Virus record (IMG/VR): IMGVR_UViG_3300029375_000005
Length of the DNA stretch: 44,483 bases
Origin: a virus
Direction: 5' to 3' (one strand)
Below the pieces are notes generated by a model. It was given only the letters and a program-made list of their open reading frames with translations. It searched no databases and was not told the origin of the DNA. Of the stretch, positions 43,150 to 44,483 are shown in pieces. Positions within the stretch are counted from its first letter, which is position 1. Each line of letters opens with the position of its first letter. The translations under genes and the position numbers were made by a program.

Positions 43150-43572
43150 CTACGCTTCTCTGGTCACAACAATGTTTGCGTTCGCAACAGAAATTGCCTG
43201 ATCGCTTGTGTTTTCTATTGCGACATTAACGCAACATCCACAAGGAACGTCAATATAGATACCTGCGGACACATTATTGTACTGATTTACTGCTGCCGGT
43301 GTGGAAATCATCTGAGAAGAAAGAACCGGCTCACCAGAAATTGCAATTGCCAGAGAAATAGCTCCGACAGTACCGCCTGTTGGAATTGCGATATTACCAG
43401 AAAAATCCACGAAGAATCTCGCTTTACACTGGTTAGTCAGTCCTCTCAGAGTGATGATTCCACTTCCCTCTCTGTGCTGAATGCAGTTAGAACCCTTAAC
43501 TGCTGTGTTTGAAAATACTACGTTTCCATTTGCTGCTACAGTCTGAGCAGCTACATTTGTAAATTCTGCCAT
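43150..43572 (-). CDS. Small beta-rich protein, possible BclA-C-terminal/C1q- or Ena-like jelly roll with CGCC motif (140 aa)
   Basis: Tracked ORF trimmed to MAEFTNV (ATG at 43572, AAAGGAG 8 nt upstream). Alternating beta pattern: AAQTVAANGNVVFSNTAV...ITLRG...ARFFVDFSGNIAIPTGGTVGAISLAIAISGEPV...IYIDVPCGCCVNVAIENTSDQAISVANANIVVTREA. Confidence 0.65.
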   Translation of the reverse strand: MAEFTNVAAQTVAANGNVVFSNTAVKGSNCIQHREGSGIITLRGLTNQCKARFFVDFSGNIAIPTGGTVGAISLAIAISGEPVLSSQMISTPAAVNQYNNVSAGIYIDVPCGCCVNVAIENTSDQAISVANANIVVTREA

Positions 43573-43685
43573 AAAGAATACTCCTTTCATATAACAAAAA
43601 GGGCAGGTATCAGCCTGCCCATCTGTGTAATACGGCATAAGCCGACATCCGAAATCAATCGAAAGATACTCTCGATATGAAGTTG

Positions 43686-44465
43686 TCAGCAATTACATCC
43701 AGTGTTGCATCCGCATCCGTAATATGTGTTCGGGTTCGGTACCTGGTAAGCCGGAATCGGTGCTGGATTGATTGCATTAATGAGCTGCTGTGTCTGAGAA
43801 GCCATTGCAGTTGTGAGAAGTGCGCTCTGGCGATCCTGAGATGCAGCACGTCTGAGATCATTATTCTCAGCCTGCAGACTAGAAATCTTTTCATTGCAAA
43901 GATAGTCAAGAATGGCTCTTGTTCCTGCATTCTGACTGTCAATAATGTCTCTTGTGTTACTGTTCATTGTGTTCTGCAATGCGCAGGTATTCTGTGCCAT
44001 ATTGTAGTTTACGCCCTGGATAGCTTCCCTGGTTTCACAACAGCAGTTCGCAAGCTGTGCCTGTAAAGCGTTGGCGTTCTGCATATTCGCTACAGTATCA
44101 GCATTGATTGCCTGCTGGATTCCAAAGCCGGTCTGCATGATGTTTGTGTTGATTCCATTGAATCCAGTAAGCATACCGTTATTCATGGCATAAAAGCCAT
44201 CGCACAGGCCACTGTTGATTCCGTCAAGTTTGCTGATTACTGCGGAGTTATCGAATCCTCTCTGAATGTCTGCCTGGGTAGCTGCTGTGGCTGTATATCC
44301 GCCGCCGTTGCCATTATTGCCCCAGCCGTTGTTTCCCCATCCGAAGAAAGCAAAAATGAATAAAACAATAATCCACCAGCTACCATCTCCGCCAAACATG
44401 CCGTCATTATTTCTACCGTTTCCAGTAGCAGCGGCAATATCTGCTAAGCTATAATTTCCATCCAT
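43686..44465 (-). CDS. Membrane-anchored Gly/Asn/Gln-rich protein with Cys clusters (259 aa)
   Basis: SD AAGGAG 8 nt upstream. N-terminus GGDGSWWIIVLFIFAFFGWGNNGWGNNGNGGG (one TM), a long N/Q/A-rich region containing NCCCETREA, and the extreme C-terminus YYGCGCNTGCNC. Confidence 0.7.
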   Translation of the reverse strand: MDGNYSLADIAAATGNGRNNDGMFGGDGSWWIIVLFIFAFFGWGNNGWGNNGNGGGYTATAATQADIQRGFDNSAVISKLDGINSGLCDGFYAMNNGMLTGFNGINTNIMQTGFGIQQAINADTVANMQNANALQAQLANCCCETREAIQGVNYNMAQNTCALQNTMNSNTRDIIDSQNAGTRAILDYLCNEKISSLQAENNDLRRAASQDRQSALLTTAMASQTQQLINAINPAPIPAYQVPNPNTYYGCGCNTGCNC

Positions 44466-44483
44466 AATATAATCTCCTTTTTT
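44363..44483. repeat. Direct terminal repeat, copy 2 (identical to 1..121)
   Basis: See copy 1. Confidence 0.9.

Noticed and set aside
43573-43692. N-terminal 40-aa extension of the 140-aa ORF (tracked as 180 aa), and similar upstream extensions of ORFs at 371..934, 919..1149, 1169..1462, 16376..16487, 18777..18903 and 22073..22168
   Set aside because: The extensions overlap upstream genes or promoters and lack SDs. The internal ATGs are preceded by AGGAG-type sites at 5-9 nt and begin the conserved-looking sequence.

Overview
The window is one complete temperate siphovirus-type dsDNA phage genome. Its ends carry an exact 121-bp direct repeat (1..121 = 44363..44483), so the unique length is 44,362 bp. 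The repeat cuts through a gene, which fits circular-assembly overlap or terminal redundancy. There is no flanking host DNA. Strong AGGAGG-type ribosome-binding sites, roughly 40% GC and the gene families present point to a low-GC Gram-positive (Clostridia-like) host.

Nearly all genes are on the minus strand. Read in the direction of minus-strand transcription, the modules are:
- Genetic switch (20.3-21.0 kb): Cro-like and cI-like HTH genes with back-to-back consensus promoters.
- Early genes: Bro-N antirepressor, ERF annealase, SSB, ERCC4-type nuclease, CHC2 zinc-finger protein, DUF927/SF3-type helicase, an iteron/(TA)n origin-like region, a PAPS-reductase-like PP-loop enzyme, and YopX, DUF551 and PD-(D/E)XK-like proteins.
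- Packaging and head (7.6-2.7 kb): TerS, a free-standing GIY-YIG homing endonuclease, TerL, portal, MuF.
- Accessory island of about 5.2 kb that crosses the window junction (see below).
- Remaining structural genes: scaffold, major capsid protein, connector and tail-completion genes (interrupted by a holin, a DUF4417 gene and two unknown genes), major tail protein, chaperones, a 1030-aa tape measure, Dit-like and Tal-like proteins, and a collagen-like tail fibre.
- Lysis and lysogeny: XkdX-like protein, three-domain CHAP endolysin, an attP-like region with five GTGACTAAC repeats, then on the plus strand a tyrosine integrase and a zinc-ribbon membrane protein.

The least explained region is the accessory island between MuF and scaffold. 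It holds a plus-strand RHH-regulated moron with three identical operators, a possible Cys-His-Asp protein, a membrane coiled-coil protein and a sigma-region-4-like protein. It also holds five low-complexity or cysteine-cluster ORFs, one of them a possible BclA/C1q/Ena-like beta-sandwich. Finally it holds one near-canonical tRNA-Thr(UGU) and two aberrant tRNA-like RNAs.

All family names come from motif recognition by eye. No database search, RNA folding or structure prediction was run.
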